Shown here piece by piece: positions 37,959 through 46,894 of a stretch of DNA of 64,000 nt. The DNA lies in NCBI GenBank assembly GCA_047639555.1, contig JBLIOE010000001.1, forward strand, positions 45,466 through 109,465, written 5' to 3'. The position numbers and the translations under genes are program-made. Numbering within the stretch: the first letter of the stretch is position 1; every line of letters starts with the position of its first letter. A model generated the notes under the pieces. The model had not been told where the DNA came from. It saw nothing but the letters and a program-made list of their open reading frames with translations, and ran no database searches. Source of the DNA: Candidatus Aldehydirespiratoraceae bacterium. GTDB taxonomy: Bacteria > Actinomycetota > Acidimicrobiia > Acidimicrobiales > Aldehydirespiratoraceae.

Positions 37959-39076
37959 TGGGCGAGTTTGCATGGCCGTTTGGCCTCGGACTGCTGGCCG
38001 CGTTCAACCCGTGTGGATTCGCGATGTTGCCGGCGTACCTCTCGTACTTCTTAGGGATCGAGAGTAAGCAACACGATCAGAGCCGGCTCACCACGGTGAT
38101 CCGCGGTCTCGTGGTCGGCGGGGTGATGACACTCGGTTTCGTCGCCGTGTTTGGTTCGTTCGGCATTCTGATCGGCACGGTGCTCGAGTCAGGTTCAGTG
38201 CTTGAGTACGTGCCCTACGCCATCATCGTGGTTGGTGTCTTGATGATCCCGATGGGCGTGGCGATGTTGATGGGCAAAGACGTCGTCTTACGCCTTCCCA
38301 AAGTGAACAAGGGCACCGGCAGCCGCGATCTCGGCTCGGTCTTCATGTTCGGTGTCAGCTACGCCGTGGTTTCGCTGTCGTGCACCGTGGGCATCTTCGT
38401 ACTGAACATCAGCGACTCGTTTACGAAGGACGGGTTCGCGAAAGGCAGCGGCAACTTCCTCGCCTATGCGATCGGCATGGGGCTGGTAATCACGTTTCTC
38501 ACGATGAGCCTCGCCTTGGCCAAGTCCAACGTGGCCGTGAGCATGCGCAAGGTTCTGCCCTACATCGGACGGGTCTCCGGCGGCCTCCTCGTGCTCGCCG
38601 GCGTCTACATGATCGACTTCGGGATCTGGGATTATCGAGTGCTGATCGCGAACGACTTCACCGCCGGCAATCTGCTGGTCGACCAGGTTGACGAGTTCCA
38701 GGTGGCCACCACTAACTGGATCGCAACAACCACCACCGAACGCATCGGGCTGCTTTCTCTCTTGGGCATTCTCGGCGCCCTGTTGGTGGCGTGGCGCGAT
38801 GACGTCACCGATCAGGCAAAGCGGCTTGGTGTCACCCTTGCCTACGTCACCACATTGATTGCGGTTGAGATCTACAACAGCGGCGATTTCATTCTGTTGC
38901 CGCTCGCCCGGTTCGTCTTCGGCTGGCCGCTACGGGTTGCCCACTGGTTCACCGACCCGCTTCGTTACGGCGTGCCGCTGGAGATCCTCTTCATCGCCCT
39001 TGTCGGTTCGATCGCGGTGCGGCGCGTGATTCGGTATCGTCCGCAGCATGCTCCGGGAGTTGTTAGCGCGGCCTGA
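37958..39076 (+). CDS. ccdA: CcdA/DsbD-type cytochrome c biogenesis protein with C-terminal extension
   Basis: FNPCGFAMLPAY, SLSCT, AYAIGMG; TAATG overlap with the TlpA gene. Confidence 0.85.
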   Translation: MGEFAWPFGLGLLAAFNPCGFAMLPAYLSYFLGIESKQHDQSRLTTVIRGLVVGGVMTLGFVAVFGSFGILIGTVLESGSVLEYVPYAIIVVGVLMIPMGVAMLMGKDVVLRLPKVNKGTGSRDLGSVFMFGVSYAVVSLSCTVGIFVLNISDSFTKDGFAKGSGNFLAYAIGMGLVITFLTMSLALAKSNVAVSMRKVLPYIGRVSGGLLVLAGVYMIDFGIWDYRVLIANDFTAGNLLVDQVDEFQVATTNWIATTTTERIGLLSLLGILGALLVAWRDDVTDQAKRLGVTLAYVTTLIAVEIYNSGDFILLPLARFVFGWPLRVAHWFTDPLRYGVPLEILFIALVGSIAVRRVIRYRPQHAPGVVSAA

Positions 39077-39665
39077 GGTCACCGAGATCTGCGAACTTCG
39101 CAGTTCTTTCGGGATCATGGCGTTTCATGGCGGCAACCTTGAACGCTGCACCGATGTCATCGCCACCGAGGTGGCGGAACGCACCGGAAGCTCGCTCTAC
39201 GCCGTGGTGCAGGCACCGCCCCTGCGGGAACACATTCCGTCGACCGCGTTTGATCCCGCCCATTCCCTCGCCCTCGCAAGCTTCATCGACCATGTCGATG
39301 TTGTCATCGCAATCCATGGCTACGGCCGCAAGGATCGATTCTGGGACCTCCTCCTCGGTGGTCGCAACCGTGAACTTGCGGGCCACATCGGCACCCATCT
39401 TCGGGGCGGCATCGACGAACGGTTCGGCATCATCGACAACGTGGACGAGATTCCCGCCGGGCTCCGAGGGCAACATCCCGACAATCCGGTGAACCTGCCG
39501 ACCGGCGCGGGCGTCCAGATCGAGCTTCCGCCTACCACTCGTTGGAATCGCGAAGAGGCGGAGTGGTCCGACTGGTTGGGCACCGGACGAGCACCACAGG
39601 TCGACCAATTGATCGGCGTGCTCAGCGAGGCCGTATTGAGCTGGTCGACCAACTCGCCCGATTAG
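39048..39665 (+). CDS. Poly-gamma-glutamate hydrolase family (DUF867-like) protein
   Basis: AFHGGNLE, HIPST, IHG, NPVN, GVQIEL. Confidence 0.8.
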   Translation: MLRELLARPEVTEICELRSSFGIMAFHGGNLERCTDVIATEVAERTGSSLYAVVQAPPLREHIPSTAFDPAHSLALASFIDHVDVVIAIHGYGRKDRFWDLLLGGRNRELAGHIGTHLRGGIDERFGIIDNVDEIPAGLRGQHPDNPVNLPTGAGVQIELPPTTRWNREEAEWSDWLGTGRAPQVDQLIGVLSEAVLSWSTNSPD

Positions 39666-39988
39666 GGCGACGCCGCCTCAATCTCCGCCAGCACGGACTC
39701 GAGCGCGGCCATCGAAGCGGCCCGATCGTCTCTGGCGCCGAGAATCGCCTCGGTGATCCGAGTGGTCCACTCGGGTTGGATCACGGCGTCAGTTCCGATC
39801 AGTTCGACCATTGCAAAGAACGGTCGACAGATTGCGATCCGGAATTCCGGATCGTCGGGGAAGGCTTGTCCCTGACCACAGTCGTCTGGGTCGACGACGA
39901 CGACGTCACCCGATGGGTCGGCGTCGTCGCTGCAGCTTGCGCCGAAGAGAGCGAAGACAAGGAGAAGGGGAAGCAGCTTGGTGGTCAT
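39662..39988 (-). CDS. Hypothetical lipoprotein
   Basis: Signal peptide with FGASC lipobox; GAAGGA RBS. Confidence 0.7.
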   Translation of the reverse strand: MTTKLLPLLLVFALFGASCSDDADPSGDVVVVDPDDCGQGQAFPDDPEFRIAICRPFFAMVELIGTDAVIQPEWTTRITEAILGARDDRAASMAALESVLAEIEAASP

Positions 39989-40028
39989 GGTTGGTCCTTC
40001 GGTTCCGGCGGGGCGGACATGAGCGACC

Positions 40029-40661
40029 TCACGGAGCGAGACGTTCGATCAGCCACCGGTCAGCCAATCGCCGATAACGAAGTCGGTCATGCAGTCGATT
40101 GGGTCTCCCCTGCCAGAACTCCACAGAACGCGGCCGTATGAGATAACCACCCCAGTGCGGCGGGCGAGGAATCTCGGCCGGGAAGCGGGCCTCAGTCGCG
40201 GCTTGCGCCGATTCCAACTCGCCGCGATCGGCGAGAACATCGGACTGTGCGCTGGCCCAGGCACCGATCTGTGCCCCTCGGGGTCGCGAGGCGAAGTAGG
40301 CGTCGGATTCATTGTCGGGAAGATGTTCGACATCACCAACCACTCGAATCTGTCGCTCGATCTCGCGCCAGACAAAGGTGAGCGCGGCACGGCGGTTCGA
40401 CTCGATCGCCGCGCCTTTCGCCGAGTTTCGGTTGGTGTGGAAGACAAAGCCGCGCTCGTCGGCGCCCTTCACGAGAACCGCCCGCGAACTCGGCCAGCCG
40501 TCGGCATCAACGGTGGCTACCGTCGCCAGGTTTGCGTCGAATGGGTTTGTCTTGGCCCACGACGTGAACCAGTCTTCAAACTGCTCCATTGGGGTGGGCG
40601 CAAGGTCCGACTCGTCGAGTCCGGCGAGGCCGTACTGTTCGCGCATCGCTGCGAGGTCCAT
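40029..40661 (-). CDS. pdxH: Pyridoxamine 5'-phosphate oxidase
   Basis: RAVLVK, YFASRP..QIGAWAS.QS, EFWQGRPNRLHDR. Confidence 0.97.
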   Translation of the reverse strand: MDLAAMREQYGLAGLDESDLAPTPMEQFEDWFTSWAKTNPFDANLATVATVDADGWPSSRAVLVKGADERGFVFHTNRNSAKGAAIESNRRAALTFVWREIERQIRVVGDVEHLPDNESDAYFASRPRGAQIGAWASAQSDVLADRGELESAQAATEARFPAEIPRPPHWGGYLIRPRSVEFWQGRPNRLHDRLRYRRLADRWLIERLAP

Positions 40662-40683
40662 GCCCGCAGCCTACGGTGCGGCC

Positions 40684-41058
40684 GTGGTTGTACCGAAGCC
40701 ATTCGCCGTCGTGGCTGGCGGAATCACAGGTGCGGCCGGTCGCTGGCTCGTGTTCTCGTTCATCGATCGGCCGACGGTCGCGCTTGTCATCGTGAACACG
40801 GTTGGGTGCGTCGTTCTCGGTGCCGTCGCGCTCAGTGCGTGGCGAGACCGCGGTGAGTACAGCCTGTGGCTTGGTGTGGGTTTCTGCGGCGCCTTCACGA
40901 CCTTCTCGACCTTCTCAGTTGCCATCGCCGAGCGGATGGACGATGGCCAATGGCTGTCGGCCGGTGGCGTGCTCACCTCCGGGCTGGCGCTCGGCATCGG
41001 TGCCATGTTCGTCGGACGGATGATCGGTCGCGCGACCGCCGGGATTCAAGCACAGTGA
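40684..41058 (+). CDS. crcB: Fluoride channel FluC/CrcB, copy 1
   Basis: GGITGAAGRW, VNTVGC, GFCGAFTTFSTF. Confidence 0.9.
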   Translation: MVVPKPFAVVAGGITGAAGRWLVFSFIDRPTVALVIVNTVGCVVLGAVALSAWRDRGEYSLWLGVGFCGAFTTFSTFSVAIAERMDDGQWLSAGGVLTSGLALGIGAMFVGRMIGRATAGIQAQ

Positions 41059-41375
41059 TCATCGTTGCGTTCGGTCTTACTGCGGCCGCGGGCACGCTGC
41101 TTCGATGGCAGGCTGCCGCCAGCCTGGGCCGAGCGGCAGGAACCGCCGCGGTAAATCTTGTCGGCTCGTTCTTACTCGGAATTGCGATCGGTGCTGACGG
41201 AACTGCGGCCACCGTGATTCACGTCGCCGCCCTTGGTTCGCTCACTACCTTCTCGGCGATGGTCCTCGAGATTGTTGATGTCTACGACGAGGCGCCGAGT
41301 CGAGCATGGGCCTATGCGGCCACGAGCATCATCGGTGGCGTGACCGCCGCCTGGCTCGGCCTCCAACTCGCATAG
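41055..41375 (+). CDS. crcB: Fluoride channel FluC/CrcB, copy 2
   Basis: GTLLRW, VNLVGSFLLG, LGSLTTFS; GTGA overlap with copy 1. Confidence 0.88.
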   Translation: MIIVAFGLTAAAGTLLRWQAAASLGRAAGTAAVNLVGSFLLGIAIGADGTAATVIHVAALGSLTTFSAMVLEIVDVYDEAPSRAWAYAATSIIGGVTAAWLGLQLA

Positions 41376-41450
41376 TCAGACCCCCACAATGCTCTCGGTG
41401 GCGGCGCTCCTTCCGGACGCACCCGCCCGCTAGCTCTCGGTCGCGCCCGA

Positions 41451-41666
41451 CTACCGAGCCACACACCAGGTATCGGCGCCGGGAGCGAGAACTCGGTCGA
41501 CCTCGGTCGGAAAGAGCAACATGTTCAGGAGGATGAGAACGTCGACGCTGCGATCGGCGAGCGGGAGGTGGCTTGCGTCGCCACGGGTCCACGGCGCGAA
41601 GCCAGGACAAGCCTCGGCCAACGTTCCTGCGAAGGGCCGGACCGGATCGAGGTGATGGACGATGCC
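41451..41666 (-). pseudogene. Remnant of a class I SAM-dependent methyltransferase
   Basis: Hand translation reads ..RGDASHLPLADRSVDVLILLNMLLFPTEVDRVLAPG|ADTWCVAR*; the glycine-rich motif I and a clear start are missing. Confidence 0.6.
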
Positions 41667-41674
41667 AACCGTCG

Positions 41675-42964
41675 CTACACGGGGGCGGGAATCTCGGTCA
41701 TGTCACCGAGGTAGGGCAGAAGCACCTCGGGCATACGGACCGAGCCGTCGGGCTGACGGTACGTCTCGATGATGGCCGCCCAGACGCGAGGCACGGCGAG
41801 ACCAGAGCCGTTGAGGCTGTGGACAAACTCGGTGCCCTTACCTTCAGTCGGCCGGAAACGAACGTTGGCGCGGCGGGCCTGATAGTCGGTGCACCAGGAA
41901 ACCGAGCTGACTTCAAGCCAGCGATCGGCGCCGGGAGCAAAGACTTCGATGTCGTAGGTGCGGGCGCCGGCCCCGCTGATGTCGCCACACGCGAGGTCGA
42001 GCACACGATGAGCGAGACCGAGATCGGCAATGGCGCTCTCGGCTCGGCCGAGAATCTCCATGTGCATGGCTTGGGCCTGGTCGGGCGTGCAGAAGGAATA
42101 GAGCTCAACCTTGTCGAACTCGTGCACCCGAAGCAGCCCGCGGGTGTCGCGGCCAGCCGAGCCGGCCTCGCGACGGAAGCAGGAAGTGTGGGCCATAAGG
42201 CGGAGAGGCAGGTCCGCCTCGTCGAGAATTTCGCCAGCCACCATGGAGGTGAGCGGCACTTCGGCGGTGGGGATCGCCCAGAGATCGTCGCGTTCGAGGT
42301 GGTAGGCGTCGTCGGAGAACTTGGGCAGGTGGCCCGTGCCGATCATGGTTTCGGTCTTGACGACCGTGGGCGGACGCACCTCTTCGAAGGCATCACGATT
42401 GCGGTCGAGACCGTAGTTGATGAGGGCGCGCAGGAGGCGTGCTCCGGCGCCGCGATACATGACGAACATGGAGCCCGACATACGGACAGCGCGGTCGACA
42501 TCGAGGATGCCGAGCTGCTCGGCGACCTCCCAGTGCGGCACCTTCTGATGATCGCCATAGCTGCCCGGGTGGAAGTTGGTGACCCGCACTTCAACGTTGT
42601 CGTCTTCGGTGAGCCCGTCGGGCGCTTCCGGTGACGGCAGGTTAGAGACGGTGAGCAGCAGGGAGCGGATGCGGGCCTGCAGCTCGTCGGCCTCTTCGCT
42701 AATGGCCTTCTCGCGCTCGCCCAGATCGCGGCTCTTGGTCTGCAGCTCGGTGGCTTCGTCGCCCTTGCCCTCTTTGTGGAGGGCACCGACCTGCTTGGAG
42801 ATTTGCTTCACCTCGGCCCGAATGTCGTCGCGTTCGGTGCCGATGGAGCGCATGCGGGTGTCGAGCACCAGCACTTCGTCGATCGTCGACGAGGACTCGC
42901 CACGACGCGCGATGGCCGCTTTCACAGCCTCCGGATCATTGCGAATCAGCTTGATATCGAGCAT
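41675..42964 (-). CDS. serS: Serine--tRNA ligase
   Basis: MLDIKLIR, IPTAEVP, FRREAGSAGRDTRGLLRVHEFDKVE, LNGSGLA. Confidence 0.98.
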   Translation of the reverse strand: MLDIKLIRNDPEAVKAAIARRGESSSTIDEVLVLDTRMRSIGTERDDIRAEVKQISKQVGALHKEGKGDEATELQTKSRDLGEREKAISEEADELQARIRSLLLTVSNLPSPEAPDGLTEDDNVEVRVTNFHPGSYGDHQKVPHWEVAEQLGILDVDRAVRMSGSMFVMYRGAGARLLRALINYGLDRNRDAFEEVRPPTVVKTETMIGTGHLPKFSDDAYHLERDDLWAIPTAEVPLTSMVAGEILDEADLPLRLMAHTSCFRREAGSAGRDTRGLLRVHEFDKVELYSFCTPDQAQAMHMEILGRAESAIADLGLAHRVLDLACGDISGAGARTYDIEVFAPGADRWLEVSSVSWCTDYQARRANVRFRPTEGKGTEFVHSLNGSGLAVPRVWAAIIETYRQPDGSVRMPEVLLPYLGDMTEIPAPV

Positions 42965-43043
42965 GACCTTGACGGTACCCGTTCAGGGGCCGCGCCCCCG
43001 GCAAATTGAGGCGTGCAGGCCACAGTTCTGCGGCCAACGCATC

Positions 43044-43895
43044 TCAATTTCGAGTGCGAGAGGCGGTGCCGCGTGTGTGGCGGGCGGTCTCGTCGGCCTC
43101 GCGCTCTCGGGCGGCGTACCTGAAGAAACGAATGGCGATCAGGATCCACAGGTAGAAGCCGCCGACGACCTTCATGACGGCCCCCGCAAGCTGCTGGTCG
43201 TCGGTGGGACTCAGGCCCCAGAGATTGGTATCGGTGTCGTAGGCCTCGTAGACCACACCCTCGGCAAAGGTGAGCCAGCCGGCCGGCACTGTCGGCACGA
43301 TCGACATCAAGAACAGATAAATCAACTTTGCGGGCTCGCTGAGATGCACTTCCTTGAGTGGGCCCAGGACCGGAAACCACATCAGCAGTGCGGAGAAGAA
43401 GACACCGAGGTGGATCAGATAGTGGAACGATCCATTCTCAGAGCTGAGGTTGACGACCGCACCCCAGTGGGTGAGCACCTGGAACAGGTTGAAGACGACG
43501 CCCGCCACCACTGGCTTCGTCAGGACGCGAAGCACACGGGAAACGCCACCACCGTCGAGCACCAACAAGCGAGCCAGCCACTCCGGCATCGCCAGGAGCA
43601 GCAGCGGCGGAACGATAAACGCAATGAGCAAATGCTGGAACATGTGCACCGAGTAGAGATACTTCTCGGCGATGTCGTGCATTGGATAGTCGGCGGCGAT
43701 CCAGAGCAGGAGCACGCCGACAGCAAAGAACCGCTTCTGCGATGTGGTGACAACCGGCTGGCCTTCGGCCACCACAAGGGGACCGATCTGGCGAGTGGCA
43801 TAGATCCCAAGGGTGACGATGCCGCCAATGAGGAGCCAAACTTCTGGGTGGGCTTCGAAGGCCCACGCATTCACGGCGAGGAGGGGCGCCAGCAT
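43044..43895 (-). CDS. ctaG: Cytochrome c oxidase assembly factor, caa3-type CtaG family
   Basis: SVHMFQHLL..PPLLLL, DQQLAGAVM. Confidence 0.88.
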   Translation of the reverse strand: MLAPLLAVNAWAFEAHPEVWLLIGGIVTLGIYATRQIGPLVVAEGQPVVTTSQKRFFAVGVLLLWIAADYPMHDIAEKYLYSVHMFQHLLIAFIVPPLLLLAMPEWLARLLVLDGGGVSRVLRVLTKPVVAGVVFNLFQVLTHWGAVVNLSSENGSFHYLIHLGVFFSALLMWFPVLGPLKEVHLSEPAKLIYLFLMSIVPTVPAGWLTFAEGVVYEAYDTDTNLWGLSPTDDQQLAGAVMKVVGGFYLWILIAIRFFRYAAREREADETARHTRGTASRTRN

Positions 43896-43899
43896 GGAG

Positions 43900-44235
43900 C
43901 TATGCCCAGAACTGGAAGGTGCTCAACGCAATGCAATAGACGCCAGTTGCGAGAAACAAGCCACCCACGAACATCCGGGTGAACATGGGGTTGTCCTGCT
44001 TCAAGTGCATGAAGTAGGCCGCAACCATCCAGAACTTCACGACCATCATGAACATCAGGCTGGCAATGACCACGCTGTTGTTCTCAAATATCGGGATCGC
44101 CGACTCAAAGTAGGTGGCCACCTCGACGCCGGTGATGGCCGCAAGAATCAGCGCGATCTTGATGTACGCCCAGTCGGACGGATGATCGTGAACATCGACC
44201 TCGTCGTGGGCCTCGGTGGTGACAGATTCAGTCAT
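43900..44235 (-). CDS. Cytochrome c oxidase subunit IV (prokaryotic COX4 family)
   Basis: YIKIALILAAITGVEV, KFWMVAAYFMHLK. Confidence 0.88.
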   Translation of the reverse strand: MTESVTTEAHDEVDVHDHPSDWAYIKIALILAAITGVEVATYFESAIPIFENNSVVIASLMFMMVVKFWMVAAYFMHLKQDNPMFTRMFVGGLFLATGVYCIALSTFQFWA

Positions 44236-44248
44236 ATGAAGTCTCCGC

Positions 44249-44881
44249 TTACTCGACGGGGATCAGGTAGATGACAGTGAAGATAAAGATCCACACCACG
44301 TCTACGAAGTGCCAATAGAGACCAACGATCTCAACGGTCTCCGTGTGTTTCGGGGTCAGCTTGCCCTGCTGTGACGCCACGAAGAGCGACATCAACATGA
44401 CAACGCCTAGGGCCACATGGACACCATGGAAGCCGGTGAGCGTGTAGAACGCCGAGCTCGCAGGGTTGCCGGTGAAGCCCACGCCCTCACGAACGAACGA
44501 GGTGAACTCGTAGACCTGGCCACCGATGAATACGGCACCAAGCATCGCCGTAGCGAGGAGCCAGGCGCGGGTGGCGGGGTTGTCGCCGCGGGTGAGAGCC
44601 GACAGCGCGAGCACCATGGTGAGCGAGCTCATCAGAAGGACAAACGAACTCACCGAGGTGAACGGAATGTCGAAGATGTCGGTAGGGATCGCCGTGTTGT
44701 CCGGCCCGGGACCACGGCGGGTCTTGTAAAGCAGGTAGGTGGAGATCAAGCCACCAAACAACAAACATTCCGAACCGAGGAACGTCCACATTGCCAACTT
44801 GGTGTTGGAGATGCCGGTGGACGTGCCGTGTTCTTCCTGGCCCGTGGGCGTGTCGTGAACCTCAACGGTTGCCGTGGACAT
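44249..44881 (-). CDS. ctaE: Cytochrome c oxidase subunit III
   Basis: MWTFLGSECLLFG, LTGFHGVHV, LYWHFVDVVW. Confidence 0.95.
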   Translation of the reverse strand: MSTATVEVHDTPTGQEEHGTSTGISNTKLAMWTFLGSECLLFGGLISTYLLYKTRRGPGPDNTAIPTDIFDIPFTSVSSFVLLMSSLTMVLALSALTRGDNPATRAWLLATAMLGAVFIGGQVYEFTSFVREGVGFTGNPASSAFYTLTGFHGVHVALGVVMLMSLFVASQQGKLTPKHTETVEIVGLYWHFVDVVWIFIFTVIYLIPVE

Positions 44882-44883
44882 GC

Positions 44884-46893
44884 TCACTCCCCTCCTTCGG
44901 CGCCGGCGGTGACCGCTTTGGTCTCAGCGCTCTGGTCGTCGCCACTGTCATCATCATCGTGATGATCATCGTGACCGTGGTCGGCATCCGGGTCATCGAC
45001 CGGTTCGAGAGCCCACGAGTAGAGGGCGAGGCCGGAAAGGAGTCCACCAACGACACAGATCCAGAGATTGAAGATCAGGCCATAACCAATGAGCGGCATA
45101 CCAAGGGCGAGCACGAGCGGCCAGAACGATGGCGAGGGGAGATGTACACCCTTGGCCGAGCCGTCTTGGGCGACTTCTTCGATCGTCGCGATCCGGACGA
45201 CACGCTTGTCCTCGTCGTAGCTGTACTTGCGGTGCCACCATTCGTCGAGTCCTTCGACCGTCGGGATGGTGTCGAAGTTGTGCTCCGGCGTGGGCGAAGG
45301 AATCATCCATTCGAGGCTACGAGCGTCCCACGGATCGGGACCCGGCGCTGGCAGGTTCGGGGCATCACGGAGCGACTTCCACACGTTGAAGAAGAAGACC
45401 AACACCGAGAGGGCGATGGTAAACGAACCGATCGTGGCGACCATGTTCCAGAACTCGAAGCCGAAGCCGGGCGAGTAGGTGTCGATACGACGACTCATCC
45501 CCTGCAGGCCGAGTATGTGCATTGGGCCGAACGTGAGGTTGAAACCAATGAGCATGACCCAGAAGTGGACCTTGCCCAATGTTTCGTTGAGCATGTGGCC
45601 GAAGACCTTGGGCCACCAGAAGTAGAGGCCGCCCATAAGACCAAGGACACCGCCACCGAAGATCACATAGTGGAAGTGGGCCACGATGTAGTAGGTGTCG
45701 GTCTGCTGCGTGTCGGCGGGAGCCAGCGAGTGGGTGACACCCGAGAGACCACCGATGGTGAACATCGCCACGGTGCCGACCGAGAACAGCATCGCCGTGG
45801 TGAAGCGCAACTTGCCGCCCCACATCGTGGCGAGCCAATTGAGGATCTTCACGCCGGTCGGGACCGCAATGAACATTGTCGACAGTGAGAAGGCGGCGAC
45901 AGAGAACGGACCAATACCGGATACGAACATGTGGTGCGCCCACACGCCCCAGCCCATGAAGCCGATCGCGATGCCCGAGAACACCATGAACGAGTAGCCG
46001 AAGAGAGGCTTGCGGCTGAACGTGGGAATGATCTCTGAGATCACGCCGAAGGCCGGCAAGATAATGATGTACACCTCGGGGTGCCCGAATATCCAGAACA
46101 AGTGCTGCCACAGAAGTGGATCACCGCCCGTTTCCGGATTAAAGAACTGCGCATCGAAGAGGCGGTCGAACATCAGCAGGAACAGCGCCACCGTGATCAC
46201 CGGGATGGCGAACAGGAGCAGGAACTGCGTGACGAGCAGCATCCAAGTGAGGACCGGCATGCGGAACAGAGACATTCCCGGCGCCCGCATGTTGAGGACA
46301 GTGACGATCAGGTTGATGGCCGAGACCAGCGAAGCAACACCGGCGATCAGCAGACCCAGGGCATAGAAGTCGACACCATGGCTCGGCGAGAAAGCGAGGC
46401 CGGAATTCGGCGAGTAGCAGAACCAACCGCAGTCAGCGCCGCCGCCACCAACGATCCACGACGAGTTCAGGAAGACCGCACCGGAGATCCACACCCAGAA
46501 GCTAAGGGCGTTGAGACGGGGGAAGGCCACGTCTCGAGCGCCGATCTGGAGCGGAATCAGGTAGTTCGCAAACGCCGCCGCGAGCGGCATGATGAACAGG
46601 AACACCATGGTGACGCCGTGCATGGTGAAGACTTGGTTGTACACCTCAGCACTGAGAACCTGGCCTTCCGGAGCCGCGAGCTGCACTCGGATCAGCAGTG
46701 CTTCAATGCCGCCCACCACGAAGAAGAACATCGCGGCAACGCCGTACATGATGCCGATCTTCTTGTGATCGACCGTGCTGAGCCAGTCTCGCCAACCGTT
46801 GCCGCCCTGAGGGCGGGTCAGTGCGCCGAGAGGGCGCTCGACATTGGATACGTCACCCGATGCAAGGGCGAGCGGTTCTTCGGCGATCGCCAT
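44884..46893 (-). CDS. ctaD: Cytochrome c oxidase subunit I (A1 type)
   Basis: All six His ligands present (TMHG, GHPEVY, WAHH, AHFHY); D- and K-channel residues present; two extra C-terminal TMs. Confidence 0.98.
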   Translation of the reverse strand: MAIAEEPLALASGDVSNVERPLGALTRPQGGNGWRDWLSTVDHKKIGIMYGVAAMFFFVVGGIEALLIRVQLAAPEGQVLSAEVYNQVFTMHGVTMVFLFIMPLAAAFANYLIPLQIGARDVAFPRLNALSFWVWISGAVFLNSSWIVGGGGADCGWFCYSPNSGLAFSPSHGVDFYALGLLIAGVASLVSAINLIVTVLNMRAPGMSLFRMPVLTWMLLVTQFLLLFAIPVITVALFLLMFDRLFDAQFFNPETGGDPLLWQHLFWIFGHPEVYIIILPAFGVISEIIPTFSRKPLFGYSFMVFSGIAIGFMGWGVWAHHMFVSGIGPFSVAAFSLSTMFIAVPTGVKILNWLATMWGGKLRFTTAMLFSVGTVAMFTIGGLSGVTHSLAPADTQQTDTYYIVAHFHYVIFGGGVLGLMGGLYFWWPKVFGHMLNETLGKVHFWVMLIGFNLTFGPMHILGLQGMSRRIDTYSPGFGFEFWNMVATIGSFTIALSVLVFFFNVWKSLRDAPNLPAPGPDPWDARSLEWMIPSPTPEHNFDTIPTVEGLDEWWHRKYSYDEDKRVVRIATIEEVAQDGSAKGVHLPSPSFWPLVLALGMPLIGYGLIFNLWICVVGGLLSGLALYSWALEPVDDPDADHGHDDHHDDDDSGDDQSAETKAVTAGAEGGE

Positions 46894-46894
46894 G

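Noticed and set aside
39048-39665. Prophage suggested by a phage-associated poly-gamma-glutamate hydrolase family gene
   Set aside because: No other phage genes, integrase or att sites; it is embedded among housekeeping genes.
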